This document shows, in pieces, positions 59,102-64,000 of a stretch of 64,000 bases of DNA (positions within the stretch are counted from its first letter, which is position 1; each line of letters opens with the position of its first letter). Origin of the DNA: the human T2T-CHM13v2.0 reference genome, Homo sapiens; assembly GCF_009914755.1 (NCBI RefSeq), contig NC_060931.1. One strand, written 5' to 3'. The position numbers and the translations under genes are program-made. The notes under the pieces were generated by a model. It made no database searches and was not told where the DNA came from. It saw nothing but the letters and a program-made list of their open reading frames with translations.

Positions 59102-59272
59102 GAACATAAAGTATTTTTAAGTGTCGTTACTTACTGGTATCCCAGGTTAACTCGAATGGATAGAGCTTTGATGGAATGTCAGCCTCTAGGTGCTGTAAAT
59201 GAAAGATCTTCTGCTTCACAGAGTTGGCCATAGCATCATTGCATTGTTTCTTTTTCACTTCTGTGTACGCAG

Positions 59273-59457
59273 GAAGCAACCAGCTTGGCCCCATATATGG
59301 CCACACATCAGTGATGACAGGAAGTTTGCTGGATGACCACCACTGGCACTCTGTGGTCATTGAGCGCCAGGGGCGGAGCATTAACCTCACTCTGGACAGG
59401 AGCATGCAGCACTTCCGTACCAATGGAGAGTTTGACTACCTGGACTTGGACTATGAG
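59273..59457 (+). CDS. CNTNAP2: CNTNAP2 internal coding exon (exon 6 by recall), laminin-G domain 1 continued
   Basis: Translates (G)[61 protein letters not shown], with LamG motif DDHHWHSV and an NLT sequon. Acceptor tttttcacttctgtgtacgcag|GA; donor GAG|gtacat. Joins the previous exon in frame (G|GA). 185 bp, phase 1-0. Confidence 0.97.
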
Positions 59458-60190
59458 GTACATGTGATGACGTAGAAATTGTAATAAAATGTCAAGCAAT
59501 TGTGTCACTCTCCTACTGTATTGTATTATTGTTAATTATATTACTACTTACACCTTTTTTATTTTCTTCTCTAAACAAGACACTGACAATTTTAAAAACC
59601 TGATTAATTCGTTTCATTTTATTTCTAAATTTATAATCATGAGTACTTGAACTATTATAAAAATCTTAGTACCAATGTAATAATTTGAAGAGAGGAACCA
59701 TGCTATCCAGGCCATTTAATAAATTCAGAATAAATTTAATTTGTAATCCTTTCATTGGTAGTTAATCATGTTATCAATTCTTCTTGAGAATGTGCAGTAC
59801 ATTATATGCAGAGGGTTGTCTAATATTTATTATAAAGTATTGAATAAGAAATCTTAGTTTCTGGTTTATATTAAGTCATTTAGAAACTCATGACTGTAGA
59901 TGGGTCTTTTGACAAGCTCTGTTTTCTCAGAATCAATATCACAAAAGCAATAAAGTAAAATACAGACTATTTTAAAAAGATTGTTCATGAACAAAAAGAC
60001 ATATATTACCTTCTCAATAATTAGAGATTAAAAATAATCAATGATCACGTTTATATAAATAAAAATATATTCTCATAGGTTAAAAGTAGGTATATCATAT
60101 TTTTAAATTATTTGGAGAGCAATTCAACCTTAAAATATCCATTAAAACTGTTAATCATATACGTAGGTGAGCTCTTTAAGATGTTTGTCA

Positions 60191-61115
<925 letters not shown>

Positions 61116-62052
61116 CACCCAGTTCTGAAATTGGAGATGTATTCATATATATATGTGTGTGTTATGTATATTTATGTATAATTTTATAAGAATATGGAAT
61201 ATGCTCATCATAAAATAAATGGAAAAAACAGGATTAATAGCTGTGTTTTCTATTATCTTTATGTTTAAATAGTTTCTAGTTTTTTGCAATATGAATATAC
61301 GATATATATTCTTAAATAAAAAATTTAGAGTAGAATATGCTATATAAACACTGATGGAGACTTTATTAACATTAAATGAATTTAAGATTATTGGAAAGTA
61401 TTTTATCCCTCCCCCTAAAAAAAACTCTTAAAAGCAAACTGATTGTTAAAAGAAAATGTATGTGAACATCCCAGAAATTTCTATCTTCTCTAAATTAGTA
61501 TGTGTCTTGGCTCATGTGACTTATCTCCCAATGTATGAGAGATCTTAAAGATGAATTATTCATCCTCTGTTAATAAACTTTGAAGTACCATAGAAGAGGT
61601 GAAAATTCTGGAACATTAAGAATGAAGAAATATAATTCTAATTTTCAAAAAACCAAATTAAAAATTTGGGGTCATAAACCCTGTTGAGTGTGTGACGAAG
61701 TCTATGACTATTCACGCACACACAACACTTGCTATATCGGATCAGCAGTTTCATGGACACTTTGAAGCCCATCTATATACAATGTCGTGTTTGAGAACTG
61801 CAGGTATAGACTAAAATACCTGGAACTTATTTATTAGACAGAAACAGTAGGAAGAAATTTAAATTAACTGGCAAAGAATCAGGGTAGACTTACCATTTCT
61901 GGCTACTGCCAGATTATGGTCCTCTTAGAGACTGCAATTATTGGCATGAAATGTAATAAAAGTGGCTGTGCTTACCTTTATATTGCTACACTTTTCTCTT
62001 AATGGAAAGGGACTCCCTTTGCTTATTTGTTTAGAAAAAACCTCAGGGACTG

Positions 62053-62360
62053 GGCCAGGCATGGTGGCTCACGCCTGTAATCCTAGCACTTTGGGAGGCC
62101 AAGGCGGGTGGTTCACCTGTGCTCAGGAGTTTAAGACCAGCCTGGCCAATGTGGTGAAACCCCCGTCTCCACTAAAAATACAAAAATTAGCCAGGCATGG
62201 TGGCAGGCATCTGTAATCCCAGCTACTTGGGAGGCTGAGGCAGGAGAATCACTTGAACTCAGGAGGCAGAGGTTTCAGTGAGCCAAAATCATGCCATTGC
62301 ACTCCAGCTTGGGCAAAAAGAGTGAAATTCCATCTCAAAAACAAAACAAAAAACAAACAA
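62053..62360 (+). mobile_element. AluS
   Basis: Full dimer; TSD acctca(g/c)ggactg. Confidence 0.93.
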
Positions 62361-62662
62361 ACACCTCACGGACTGTATTAGAGTCAGTCTCTAGTTTTGT
62401 TGTACTTATCTCCTTGATATATCCACACACTAACTATACTCAAACCTCACAGACTGCATGAAAATTAGCTTCAAACCTAAAATAATACAAATTATACAAC
62501 ATTCATTCCTGAACTATTTAAAGGCTTTGGCCTAAAGGAAGAGAAAGCTCGTCTTGTTATCTTCACAAAACCTGAAGATGCAATGTCCTGCTTCCCCAAG
62601 ATTATACTGCCTCAATCAATTCTTCCAGAGTACACTAAGGACAAAGGCATTGAGGCCCAAAG

Positions 62663-63054
62663 GTGGAGGTATGCTGGTAAATGCTTAACAACCAGCTCTC
62701 TCCAGGGAGGAATGGTCAGGAATGCCCTGATATATAGCATTTGTTAATTTTCATGGTGCGAATTTCCCACCATGGTTGATTTCATGCTACCATATATGGA
62801 ACTGAGCAGGGAGTTGCAAAGAGGTGCCTAATAGCACTATATGACGGTATTTCCATCATATAGTTGCAATAAATATAAATGACCTCAAGAACATATACGA
62901 AAGTAAAGTGTAGAGATAAATTCTGAATAGGTATGAATTTTGTGTTTCATGTAATTTACTTAATTTATAGCTTATGTAGTGGAAGTTTTAATAATAGCTC
63001 TGCTTAGCAGTCGGTTCTTGTGAACCAGTATGAGTGGGATTCAGCACAGCACTG
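62663..63054 (-). mobile_element. MER63-like hAT DNA transposon
   Basis: ggtatgctggtaaatgcttaacaaccagctctc ... tcagcacagcactg. Confidence 0.7.
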
Positions 63055-63143
63055 CTAGCGTAAATTAAATATACTTACCACAATTTCTGGAGATGAACAT
63101 CATGAAAGAAGTGATGGAATACAAGTTCACTCCTTTGATGTAA

Positions 63144-63608
<465 letters not shown>

Positions 63609-64000
63609 ATATATGGACATTTTTTGTGACCTAGTCCTAAGAGTTTGTCTCATCCCCTCCTCTTGTAGCTGCCTACACTGCAAAGTGGGCCAATCACCAC
63701 CTGCAATGAGGCTGCTAGCTACAGGGTGGCTTGAGACTGTGTGGTGATATATACGTGCACTTCACTTCATTTTTCCTCAGCGTAGTCAATAAAAACCAAA
63801 GGGGAGAGCAGCAAAATGGTGTTTGGCTTAGATTCTCTCTGTTCTTCAGAGGACACCCACTGTGGATATTATGCTGTTGTCTTTTGCAATACAGCTCTGC
63901 TAGGGAAGTAGAGGAATGACTCTCTTGACCATTGCAGAACCACAGACTGCCTAGGAAGAAAATCAGTCACAGGAGGAGAAGCCCGAGTTTGAACCTGTTT

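Overview
Primate (very likely human) AT-rich genomic DNA from inside CNTNAP2 (contactin-associated protein-like 2, CASPR2), + strand. Only two protein-coding exons are present: 46448-46651 (204 bp) and 59273-59457 (185 bp). From recall of the transcript these are exons 5 and 6, and together they encode most of the first laminin-G domain. The rest is intron filled with Alus, L1s (one near-full-length antisense copy and several 5'-truncated insertions with TSDs), MaLR/ERV LTRs, DNA-transposon fossils, L2/MIR relics and a ~1.3 kb TA-rich minisatellite. I found no new gene system. The best unexplained structure is a cluster of apparent template-switch scars: two 66-76 bp stretches of unique sequence re-copied 1.6-2.2 kb away inside locally repeated flanks, an inverted patchwork insert inside the L1, and a 78-bp inverted repeat matching no repeat family I recognise. 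Repeat subfamily names come from memory of consensus sequences and need RepeatMasker/Dfam confirmation.
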